64,000 nucleotides of DNA, taken from contig OZ076409.1 of assembly GCA_964187785.1 (NCBI GenBank), positions 56,296,001 to 56,360,000 of the forward strand, read 5' to 3'. The notes below the pieces were generated by a model. It was given only the letters and a program-made list of their open reading frames with translations, did not search any database and was not told where the DNA came from. The position numbers and the translations under genes were made by a program. Each line of letters starts with the position of its first letter. Position 1 is the stretch's first letter. Below, piece by piece: positions 50,801-62,154 of this stretch. Source of the stretch: Amphiscolops sp. MND2022. Lineage: Eukaryota.

Positions 50801-53408
50801 ATTTGGCCAAAATTTCGATGTGCTGTTAGTCCGTTTAGAGCATGCCGGAAATGATGAAGCAATATGATACGGCTATACGTGTACGTGTTGAGAGAGGAAT
50901 GTTTTCTAAATGCAAACTTATCCAGTAGACTTGAACTAATGGTGTTGGACTAAAACACCGTTGCTCCAACGACTTTCAAAGACTACATTCTGGCTACATG
51001 CTATCGCTGCTACACCTCGAAGTAGCGCGTTCAGGCGAAGGCTGCTACGAAAGCATCGTCAGACAACCCGTAGACAACCCTTCACTATCCAATGCTGGAA
51101 AATCGTTCCTCGGTAATCAGCTTTCGAGCTAAATAGGTCCCGTCCTGAAGCACACAGACCAACCGACATGTCGGATTCCACTCACGAAATTTTCCACGAA
51201 TGTCCAATATAAATGACACTCTTCCGGAAAATGGACATGCGAGATTTTTTCTTGTCAAAATGTTGGAATTTTATAAGTAGTATCAACTCCATGTTACTGG
51301 TTTTCGGATTTGTAATATTTCATTTGTTTCAGCCTAGCATGTGAATTGATTTGTCAAGAAAACGTCAATGTCTCTTGACTGGTTACATGTTCCATTTTTA
51401 TCTGTCTTCAGGCTGAAATTCGTTCAAAATCATTGTTGTATGCTGTGTATTTCAAGCTGAACGTCTGGCAAATGTAGGCATTTTTCTCATTTATCATCCA
51501 TCAAGTTCCTTCAAATTAGCCTAACATAAAAAATTTTCTGATTGAATTACAGCTACATGAGGCGAAGGGTTTGTTTTTGCTTTCGGTATTAAGTATCTCT
51601 CTCATATTTTTCAGAGAAACCGTCCCGAGCCTAAATAATTATAAGAGACTTCTTAAGAGACTTCAAATCCAAGTTAGCGGTTTTGGGCGCTGACTTGGGT
51701 TCATACCAGATCGCTCATTTTTATCATTTTAACGTGTCATCAGAACTGTGTTTTTTTAGTAAGGAACAAAGAAACTTGTCAGGTCTCTGGTTTACCCCGG
51801 AGGTGTGAGATTTACTTTCAACATTTTGTTCGATCAATTAACCACTTGGGTTAAACTGAATGATAATTGTTGTGGACTTTTCATCTCGTGTAATATTTTG
51901 ATATTAAGTAACCACTATAACTTAGGTATTTGTTGGTAATTTTTGTCAAAGTATTTACGAAACAAAAGTATTTATATTTCAAGTATTTTTTGGCACTTTA
52001 GTTAGATTAAAAATATGGTAGTTAATTCGCAGAAGTAATTTACAGAACTTTTATGGAACTTTTTGAAACGATTTGCAGTTATAATGTTAAAAACTTTCAA
52101 GAAGCTCAAAATTGCTCTCAAGCTTTTTTCGTATAAATTTTTGTAAATTAGAAAGAAACTTAAAAAAACACCAAAAACTTCAATTTATTAGAAGTAGGGA
52201 AAAATTTTCGACTACTTATGCAATCGAGTCGTTTTTCTTGTTTTTTTCTCCCGCTCTTTCAATGAAAACTCCAAATTTCTCAAAAATGTTTCATTAAATT
52301 TTCATAAAATTTTGCACAGTCATTCTACACCCAAAGGGACCCCAGCGAATGAAAGGCTTATCGGTAGAAATTCGTTTTTTTATTCATCTTTTTTCTGCAG
52401 TTTTGCGAACTTTTTGAAACGATTTGCAGTTAGAACCTGAAAAACATTCAAGAAGCTCAAATTTGCTCTGCGGTAGGTTTTTTACGAATAAAATTTTGTA
52501 AATTAGAAAAAAATTTAAAAAACACAGAAAACTTTATTTTTTAGTAGTCGGAAAAAGTTTCGACTACTTATGCAATCGTGTCGTTTTTTTCTCCCGACCT
52601 TTCAATGAAAATTCCAAATTTCTCACAAACTGTGTATACGATTTTCATTATATTTTGCAACCATTCTACACCCACAGGAAACCCTTGCATGCGCAAAGGC
52701 AATCGTTGTTTGGGATGTGAGAAACATAGCCAAAATTAACCAAAAAATGACCAAAAAGCCATTTCACGACTTTTTTTGATTTCTTCAGAAACTCTCCATA
52801 CGAATCGAACGAACTTTTCAAAGTCATTCTACACCATAATATGGACTGTTTTGTGCAAGTTCAATAATTTCGTATGACTTGGACTCGAGCGAGTCAGAAG
52901 GAAAAAGACCTAATCCGACTTCTTTACAGCATTTGCGGCTCTGGTTTTTATTTTAGGGCCAATTTTGTCAAAGTTTCGATGATATTCGTGAATAGAAATG
53001 TATAAACCGTTCAATCAGGTAAGAATTTGTTGTCCAGAAGGCTTTTTTGGAAGACATGAGGCCAGCTATTCCGGAGAAACCGCCGCAATCACACCAAAAT
53101 TTCCCAAATTTCCAGAATTTTCTACTTTTTTTAGGGTTTTGATGCAATCGTCGTCAAATTTTCGATAACATTTGTGGACGGGAACAAAATAAACATTCAA
53201 CAACGGTCAAACTTGGTGTCTAATTGACTTCCCTAAAAACTTTCGTGATACAATTTTTCCACAACATGACTGCAAACATTTAAAAAAACATTTTTTTTGT
53301 GTTTTTTTCAACGCCTTTTTTTGACATTTACAAAGAATTCGGGGCTGCTTAGAACTACAAAACGGTTCAACATAAACTGAATTGGTTGTGCAGTACCCTT
53401 TTTGAGGT
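46621..53408. repeat. Tandem duplication, about 3.3-kb unit (46621-49816 and 49951-53408) with complex junction
   Basis: Offset 3330 then about 3349; high identity with scattered SNPs; unit 1 lacks about 240 bp present at 52540-52780; junction holds an extra copy of the last about 100 bp of the unit. Confidence 0.93.
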
Positions 53409-53852
53409 GCTGATGACAACTTTTCAAATAAAATAGGTCCTAAGTGACCACAATCGCAAATGCTCAATTTTTCCGTTTTTTGTCGTTTTCATGCAGTTTG
53501 TGAACAAGTGCTGAAATTTTTCGTCAGAAACGTTCAACGCTTAACAAACTAGCTGTTTAGTTTTGCCTTTTTTGAAAAAAAAACTGGAGTGTTTTGCTTC
53601 AAAACTTTTACAGAAAGACTCTGAATGAAATGATTACTGCTAAAAATTCGTTTTTTTTTCATCGTTTTCATGTAGTTTTTGGGAAATTTTTGAGACGTTT
53701 TGCAGGTAGAATGTTAAAAACATTCAAGAAGCTCAATTTTGTTCTAATGTAGGCTTTTTACGTACAAAATTTTGCATATTAGAAACAAATTTAGGCCCCA
53801 AAAGAAACTTCTAGTCAGACAGTAGTCCTTTTCAGGAAAAAAATTTCTTGTT

Positions 53853-54176
53853 ACGACAATACCACAGTTCTAGCAGAACTATCAAAAAACCTAAAATTTC
53901 CAAGTTTGGCGTTTTTATCTTACAAAAGTTACCGAGTGGTTTCTTGTGTTAGATTAGAATAAACAATCAAAAACGACGAACAACGGTATCAAGTAGTTTG
54001 GTTTGAAAAATTTGCAAATTTTTCAAAACAAACTACTTGATACCGTTGTTCGTCGTTTTTGATTGTTCATTCTAATCTAACACAAGAAACCACTCGGTAA
54101 CTTTTGTAAGATAAAAACGCCAAACTTGGAAATTTTAGGTTTTTTGATAGTTCTGCTAGAACTGTGGTATTGTCGT
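53853..54176. repeat. 324-bp spacerless palindrome (162-bp arms, 2 mismatches)
   Basis: Centre TTG|CAA at 54014/54015; arms from ACGACAATACCAC to GTGGTATTGTCGT. Confidence 0.97.
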
Positions 54177-54542
54177 TAATAATGCTTTAACCGAATTTAA
54201 ATTAAATCCAATTTTTGATAAATTCAGTGATTTTTTTCCGAAAAGAGAAAAGAGAAAAAATGGCGAGAGAAAAACTACGTACGATACGACTAGGTTCGCA
54301 GAACGATTTTTGAAAAGTTTGCTGTTTTTCTGTGGAACAATAAATCAGAGGGACACATTGTTTTCAGGAAAAAATATAACGTTCTTTTGCAGCTTTATTT
54401 GTTTAGTTATTGAGCAAATGCGTGGCACACATTACTTCAAACACTCAACAATGACTATACCCGGTATCCAGTCTTCTTTTTTGAGGGTTTTTTCACAATT
54501 AGAATTTTTGTTAGAATTGGCCTCAGAAGCACTCCAAAAACT

Positions 54543-55213
54543 AACAAGCCGGGACCGGCCCAAGTCGGCGCCATATCCAAAGCTCAAAAATAGCAAAAAG
54601 ACTTCCAAGTGTCAAGTATTCTTTTACAGTACTCGAAAATCGAAATTTTTTGAAAAAAATTTTCGAAAAAATTACTCAAAAAAATGGACAGAGTGGCGCG
54701 CCGGGGCTCGCTAGCGCGAGCCCCTAGCGAGCTAAAGTCTCACAATGCCGAAAAACTGAAAGGGGGGACCCTTTGTGGTTTCTCAACATCCATTCTGTCG
54801 CAAAACATGAAAAAATTGAAGAAAACAAAAATTTTCATTTTCGGGAAAAAATCTCACAATGCCGAAAAAAAACTGAAAGGGGGGACCCTTTGGGATTTTT
54901 CAACATACATTCTGTCGCAAAACATCAAAAAAAATGCAGGGGGGACCCTTTGGGGAAAAATTTTTTTTCGAAAAAAAAGTCTCGCAGTGCCGAAAAAAAT
55001 GAAAGGGGGGAGTCTTTGGTCTCGCCCGGTATGGTATGTTACGCGGAAAAACAGGAAAAACCTTTTTAGTTCAGTTCGCTAGACCAAATAGTGCATTTTG
55101 ATGCAATAATATTTTGTAGAACTTTTGTAGAACTATTTTGATCAGTTCGTGTGGATAGAAAAAAAGAGTCACTATAATAGTCGCGTTTCACTTCATGAAG
55201 CGCCGACTAAAAA
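54543..55213 (-). mobile_element. Complete DINE-1/HINE-like (non-autonomous Helentron) element
   Basis: Sub-TIRs AGTCGGCGC (about 54563) and GCGCCGACT (about 55200); short stem-loop GCCGG-GA-CCGGC next to a CTTGTT end; internal inverted repeat TAGTCGCG pairing with the other sub-TIR; central tandem units of about 115-125 bp; no TSD. Confidence 0.8.
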
Positions 55214-55310
55214 TGACACAACCTTAGATTTTTTGGAACTCAGTGTCAGATTTTACTCGATTCGCGAACGCTTTGTATGTGGGAACTTCTGTTGACCGGA
55301 AGGTTGAAAC

Positions 55311-57712
55311 AATAGGCTATTCAAAATGCTATGAGAGGTTCCTCAAAATTGAGAACAATACAGAGATATAAGTTCTGAAGTTTATCGTTTATCGGCAGCA
55401 TTTCCCCAAAAATAGACCTTTTTTGAAAATTTCCTAAATATACAGGCTAAGGATCGAAACCTATAGCTACTAGTACGGTTTCGAGAAAAAGTTATCCACT
55501 GCAGAAATTAAATTCAAAATTTAAAAAACTTTGATGATGTAAGTTTTTTTCCTTGTTTCTTGTGTCATATCTATAATTCAATACGCACCAAACGTAAAAA
55601 CTACTTACGCTATACACCTTTCAAAAAAGGCCCAGTTTCTCAGCAGAAAGTCCTCTAAAATCCAAACGTTTCTGACGTTCCCATGCTATGTTTATGAAAC
55701 TTTCGAGCGGTTTGATAGATTGATGTAAACGCTCAGTATGGTTTCAATCCGGTATTAGGAAGCATTTTAGAAGAGACATGAGCAGTGTATTGTTTCAAAA
55801 GCGCGTCAAATTGACCCAAAGATGTCGATAACATCGAATTTTTTTTTGAATTATTCATTTTTTCGTGTATATAAACATGGAATTTTTGTAGGTTATGTAC
55901 TGATAATCATTTATATCAACAACAAAAATTATCGGTGCTTCGCGTATTCTTGAATCAGGCGATTTTTTAAAATCAAATAAGATGAATCACAAACTGTCCA
56001 AGTTTCCTTCTTTCAATCTTCTATGTCTTTTCATATTATTGTGGCTGCTTTTGAGCTTCAAAATGATGTCGTAGTAGAACAGTCTGAAGCGGAAAATATC
56101 CTGCTTGTCAGTGGGTGTCTTGTTAGTAGTTTTATTGTAATAATAACACCAATGAATGTAATGACTCCTGATAGAATAATATGAAATGATATTAGGAAGA
56201 ACGAACTTCAAGGGTGATTTTTCAATCACTCCAACTGACATTTTCGACAAAAATCGTAACATCAAATTGCACGGCAAAATAGTTCACTGAAAAAAACGCG
56301 AGTTGTAGGTCCTTAACTAACTCTAGTCGATATTTTTTGTTTTTATATCGAACTGCACCTAAATATAATCCAATACAGGAGTAACAGTGGCACTGCGATA
56401 TTTTTAAAACACTGTTACATCAGAACACTTCCAGGGGACCTTTAATTTGAAAAAGCATTATAAAACTGGAAGCATTAAAAAAACTGAAGCAGCTAACCTC
56501 GATTGAAAACAAATAGGCTATTCAAAATGCTATGAGAGGTTCCTCAAAATTGAGAACAATACAGAGATATAAGTTCTGATGTTTATCGTTTATCGGCAGC
56601 ATTTCCCCAAAAATAGACCTTTTTTGAAAGTTTCCTAAATATACAGGCTAAGGATCGAAACCTATAGCTACTAGTACGGTTTCGAGAAAAAGTTATCCAC
56701 TGCAGAAATTAAATTCAAAATTTAAAAAACTTTGATGATGTAAGTTTTTTTCCTTGTTTCTTGTGTCATATCTATAATTCAATACGCACCAAACGTAAAA
56801 ACTACTTACGCTATACACCTTTCAAAAAAGCCCCAGTTTTTCAGCAGAAAGTCCTCTAAAATCCAAACGTTTCTGACGTTTTCATGCTATGTTTATGAAA
56901 CTTTCGAGCGGTTTGATAGATTGATGTAAACGCTCAGTATGGTTTCAATCTGGTATTAGGAAGCATTTTAGAAGAGACATGAGCAGTGTATTGTTTCAAA
57001 AGCGCGTCAAATTGACCCAAAGATGTCGATAACATCGAATTTTTTTTTGAATTATTCATTTTTTGTGTATATAAACATGGAATTTTTGTAGGTTATGTAC
57101 TTATAATCATTTATATCAACAACAAAAATTATCGGTGCTTCGCGTATTCTTGAATCAGGCGATTCTTTTTAAAATCGAAAAGGATGAATCACAAACTGTC
57201 CAAACTTTCCTTCTTTCGATCTTCTATGTCTTTTCATATTATTGTGGCTGCTTTTGAGCCTCAAAATGATGTCGTAGTAGAACAGTCTGAAGCGGAAAAT
57301 ATCCTGCTTGTCAGTGGGTGTCTTGTTAGTAGTTTTATTGTAATAATAACACCAATGAATGTAATGACTCCTGATAGAATAATATGAAATGATATAAGGA
57401 AGAACGAACTTCAAGGGTGATTTTTCAATCACTTCAACTGACATTTTCGACAAAAATCGTAACATCAAATTGCACGGCAAAATAGTTCACTGAAAAAAAC
57501 GCGAGTCATAGGTCCTTAACTAACTCTAGTCGATATTTTTTGTTTTTATATCGAACTACACCTAAATATATTTCAATACAGGAGTAACAGTGGCACTGCG
57601 ATATTTTTAAAACACTGTTACATCAGAACACTTCCAGGGGACCTTTAGTTTGAAAAAGCATTATAAAACTGGAAGCATTAAAAACCGAAGCAGCTAACCT
57701 CGATTGAAAACA
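55311..57712. repeat. Tandem duplication, about 1.2-kb unit (55311-56511, 56512-57712)
   Basis: Offset 1201-1203, high identity with scattered SNPs; TTGAAA(A)CAA microhomology at the junction. Confidence 0.95.
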
Positions 57713-57889
57713 AACAAGCCGGGACCGGCCCAAGTCGGTGCCATATCTAAGGCTCAAAAATAGCAAAAGGACTTCAAAGTGCCAAAGTATTCTCTTCTAT
57801 TGTGGTAACTTCAGGTGTATCGAAAAAAACACTGACGAAAAGCCATGACTATAGTCAACTCTTTTCTCGAGAGAAGCGCCGACTAAAAA
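57713..57889 (-). mobile_element. Short internally deleted HINE-like element, followed by a further partial copy to about 58119
   Basis: AACAAGCCGGGACCGGCCCAAGTCGGTGCC ... GCGCCGACTAAAAA termini as in 54543-55213. Confidence 0.75.
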
Positions 57890-59457
57890 TTAAGGAATTT
57901 TTTACTGGAAACTATTGTCAAAAAAGACGCACAGTTCCGAAAAATTACGAGAGTCGGTCTTTCAGCCTATGCTTTATTGTCACGCACTTTGTAATTTAGG
58001 TCAAGTGACGTTGGAACGAACTAGCTGGTTATAGAAAAATTTATAGAAATGTGTCAGTTCCCTGGTCTTGAGAAAAACCCGACTATAGTCTGCATTTTCT
58101 ACGAATGCGCCTACTAAAACTACTGCTAGTAAGCGTTTATGTATTTTTTGCAAGTAAAAATGTAGCTAAAACACTGCTAGTAAGTGTCAATGTATGTTAA
58201 GTATATTTTTGGCATTTTAATGGAAATGTGAAGGTTTTAAAGAACGGAGAATTTGTAAACGCTCGTTTGATTCATGTCGAGAAACGGTCTCTTTGAGCTG
58301 CTAAGATAGTTAGGAACGAAAAAAGACAGCGCTGTTAAAAAGAAACGGAACCTTGGAATTATTCATGCCAAATATCAATACAAATTGGTCAGTAACAACT
58401 CAAAATCGCCTTTTTGAAAACACAACAGTTTTCGTGAACATTTCCCTGGTTTTTACAATTTTGTGCTTGAAAACATCACATACAACCTTTTTTCCGGAAA
58501 CAACTTTTGCGAACAGTTTGATAAAGTTTAAAGATGATACTCTAATAAAAATTAAGATGAGGTTTTCAACGCGTCAGATCAAAGCATCTGATGTTTTAAA
58601 TGCTCGAATTTTTTTGCTTTTTAAAAAAACTTCCAGATGTTTGTCAATTGTTCCAGCTACAGAAGTTTGAGCTCCTTTAATTAGACAAGGAGAAATAAGA
58701 TTTTTGGAGAATCGATTTATTCTACATAAACTAAGATTAAGTGTAAACGTAATTTTTCAAAGTTAAACTTCTCTAGTATCTGTTTTTGGAGAAAACTGAA
58801 ACTTTTTGAGAGTGAGCAGTAGATGATGAGCATCTTTCAGTTATTTTTAAACCAAGTATTGCATCTATACAAGCACTTGAAATTTCAAAAATCGAGTCAT
58901 CAAATCAAACTCCTAGTTAAACACATGTGAAAATTGAAAATTGAGTTACATTGGTGATAGAAATTCCAAAGATACGTTATTGTAATTTCATGTTTTTCGT
59001 TTTTGATATAAATCTTTCCTCAATAAAAATTTATACCTTCTTTGAAAAGCGTACTCATATGTATAAAGATGAGAAACAAAATCGACGACATATTTTTTGA
59101 ATTTTAAATGATTTTCATGATATTCATTAGCCGTTGATTGTACCTTTAAACTGCCAGTTAGGTTTGATGAATTTTCGAAGTTTTTCTGTACCCAGCACAT
59201 TTGCTTTTCAAATTAACTTCTAGAAGAACGTCTCAACATCTAGCTCTCTAATTCTATAGCGAAATAATAACAAGGTTTAAACCTTGTTGTGACACAGAAA
59301 AACAAAAATGATAATGAATAAATAGTAAAATTCAAAATTAGTCATATCAGGAAATGCATATTGTCTTTTCATTTTCGCGAATATAGCACCTTTCAGTTGC
59401 GGAAACTCAAAAGTTCACATTTTGTATTAAAAACTCAAAATTAGCGGTGGCGTGGCG

Positions 59458-60118
59458 CTACACGTAAGACTCTCTGTTAGGGTCACCGATGGGGGGACTG
59501 GGAATGTAGTTAGACGTTGTGGGGGAAACTCGGTCGGGGGGCAACTGCCAGAAGTTGTCCGGGTGGGGCAATGACCCTGGAGCCCCCGGAGGTGGGCCAG
59601 GGGATCTGATGAACTCCTCCTCGTCCCGGATGCTCTCATCTGTGACTGACTTGCTACTGCTTCCGGCTGCTGCAAAGGCCTGTGCCGCTGCTTTCTTGAT
59701 CTCAATTGTCTCTCCGAAAATCACAGCCGCACTGTTAGATGCATTAGAAATGGGGCTGCTGCGATGAGTCATAGCCACGGCGTTATCCCGGAGGTCTTTC
59801 TCGAATCCAAAGTTCTCGGGGATGGCGTGCCCGCTGTGGCCATTGGAATTGTAATGCCGGTAAGGACTGTCTAGAGTGTTGACGTGTCCGAGTGACTTGC
59901 GACCTCCATTCATGTGAATATGATTGGTTCCCGAAAGCGGGAGTTTTTCGGGTGTCATTGCGTTGTTCGTTTGCGAAGGTAGCAAAGCGTGATTAACTCC
60001 GTCGTCGTAAGCATTTCGTTTGAGCAGTCGGGCGTCACCCACAACATGGGGTTTCATCTCGCCGGCACTGAAGAACATCTTCCACGCGTCTCTAGCTTCG
60101 CGGAGGAGCATGCAACGA
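59458..60118 (-). CDS. Terminal exon of an adhesion/secretin-family (7tm_2) GPCR: end of TM7, helix 8, long cytoplasmic tail
   Basis: Pyrimidine tract plus CTCAG acceptor; RCMLLREARDAWKMFFS matches the (H)C+L...VR..W pattern after TM7; about 220 codons open to TAG; GC-richer than flanks. Confidence 0.75.
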
Positions 60119-60434
60119 CTGAGCAAAAACAGGATTGACCAAATAAAGATTGCAATTCATTAGACTCCAAAATGAATTCATCGTTTTGAGAACCTTATGG
60201 ATCCATTGGTAAAATTTTCATAGTTTTGTTGTTACTGAAAGATCGTATTTAACTTCGAAATAGTCAAAAAAATTTTAGAATCCCTTCCAGAGTTAAATCT
60301 AAGACAACTGGCGTTCCAAGCCTATTTTCAATGAAATCATTATTTAAAGGGACGGAAGTGAAAAAGAACTATTGAGAGAAAAAATTGAAAATGGTAATTG
60401 CAGTCAAGAATTTTTGGTAAATATTTGGTCATTC

Positions 60435-60785
60435 CTGGTGAAGAAACACCAGCTTTGGAACACATTGCCACAGCAGAAGACAAACTCGAATGTGGGCAGC
60501 GATTGTCTGAAGAAGAACTGGGCGTATATCCAGGTGAGGGAGAAGGAGACTAAAACGAGAGTCATGATCAGTAGGTTCATCCGGGTGGACTGGATGAAGG
60601 AGTTCTGGTGCGACTGCTGGAACTGCTGCATCTGCTGGCTCTGGAACTTGTTGTGTTCGTTCGACTGAGTCTGGACCAGCTTCAAAGCTATCAGGTGAAA
60701 GCCCACGCCCACGATAACGATCACAGAGCAAGGCAACACCAGACCTCCGTAGTACGTTGTCTCTAGCTCAGGAGTCAGTCGACAG
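60435..60785 (-). CDS. GPCR exon encoding ECL2 end, TM5, ICL3, TM6 and most of TM7
   Basis: TTCCAG acceptor, phase 2; CRL...YYGGLVLPCSVIVIVGVGFHLIALKL, LLIMTLVLVSFSLTWIYAQFF, FEFVFCCGNVFQSWCFFT fit CWL / LTW.F / F..N..QG motifs of family B2 GPCRs; donor is either TG|GT at 60449 or AG|GA at 60434. Confidence 0.75.
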
Positions 60786-61185
60786 CTGGAACAAAAACAA
60801 CTCACAATGAGAGCCAAACTTTGAGATTGTTAAAGAAATTGTTGAAGCAATGAATCTTGATACCTTTTGATTGATCAAGTTGACAGGACCAGTAATTTTT
60901 AGCTTTCACTTTTCATGTCAAGTTTTGAAAACGATCAAGATATGTTCCTCAAAATGTCCAGTACATAACAACTCAAATAAACGTTTTATATTCCGTTGCC
61001 AATGAAAATAGAGTGAATGAGTCGAATTTGATTCAACTTTTTAGCAAAATATCAAAAGTTATGGTTACTTCGATTTTGATATTTTTATAGGACGCATATT
61101 CAGCCAGGAAAAAACGAGGCAGAAAACGCAACCCACATTTATGAGCCAATAAAATCTCAAGCATGTGTTCTCTTTGAGCTATCAA

Positions 61186-61624
61186 CTGGGGTGTGGAACC
61201 GTACGGGTTGAATTGAAATTACGGTTTACGGGTTATCGTCTACGGTTTACGGTTTCAGGGTACAGTTTGAAAAACACTTTTGCTTCAGAAGTATTTAAAT
61301 TTCTTCATCAAAAATCTTTGTTATGGTGTTATCAAAGCACTCATGTTTCTTGCCCCAAAATAGCATTTGAGGGAACGCCCTCTGCAAATTATAGCGTAAA
61401 AATAGAATATTTTGAACGAATTCGTCTTTTAAAGACGTTCTTATTTGAGAATGAACAATTGAATTCGCCCCAAAATTTTCATAGAAACACTGCTGTTAAA
61501 TGTATAAAACAATTCGCTCGTATTTCTCCAAAGTGTACGGTTCGCTTTTTTCACAACTACGGTTTGCGGGTTACGGTTTGGCACTACGGGCCTCGGTCCA
61601 CGGTCTAAAAATCCCACACCCCAA
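61186..61624. mobile_element. MITE / non-autonomous DNA transposon (hAT-like)
   Basis: TIRs CTGGGGTGTGG / CCACACCCCAA; TSD GCTATCAA (8 bp; 9 bp AGCTATCAA also fits); subterminal TACGGTTT repeats at both ends. Confidence 0.85.
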
Positions 61625-61981
61625 GCTATCAAGTATGGAGGCTCATCATTGTTAACATCGGAAAAACTCTAGTCTCAGCAGAGTCGCTCCTTGATAACAT
61701 TTCGTTGATTCATTATCCATCGCAAGAACATCTCAGATAAAAAAATTTGCTATTTTGAGCTTTAAGGTATAAACTTTGTGATAGGTAACAGGTAAATGAA
61801 GCATCATCGACTTACTATATATCCCTTATATCGTAGTTTCCTTGTTTGATAATGATGGTCGGAGTTGTAATAATTAGAGGCATACCTGAAATGAAAACAA
61901 TATTATGCTTTTCATGTTTTTTTTTCAGTAATGCAACATGTACAATCTACGAAAATACAGTCCCCTACGGCTTAAAGTCAC

Positions 61982-62154
61982 CTTAAAACATCTAAACAGC
62001 ACAGGGTAATTGCGGGAATTGTAGGAGACGAACCGCGGGAAATTGGCGCCCAAAAAGCGGTGGGGGTCACGCTGCAAAATGCGGATGTGGTTGTTAGCGA
62101 TGGGTTTGGGCTTATAACCTGGTAATATTTCAGCAAATGCTTTTTCCAATTCAC
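61982..62154 (-). CDS. Possible coding exon of unknown product
   Basis: CAG acceptor and AAG|GTGACT donor bracket ELEKAFAEILPGYKPKPIANNHIRILQRDPHRFLGANFPRFVSYNSRNYPVLFRCFK; GC-richer island; no family recognised and phase does not join the GPCR exon directly. Confidence 0.3.

Noticed and set aside
54310-55082. ORFs of 134, 132 and 98 aa
   Set aside because: Run through HINE tandem units; Lys/Phe-rich translation of A/T runs
60119-60156. In-frame hydrophobic extension IAIFIWSILFLS as the true TM7
   Set aside because: No AG acceptor between it and the upstream in-frame stop; the T-rich polypyrimidine tract explains the hydrophobic translation
61165-61608. 147-aa ORF
   Set aside because: Coincides with a MITE that has TIRs and a TSD
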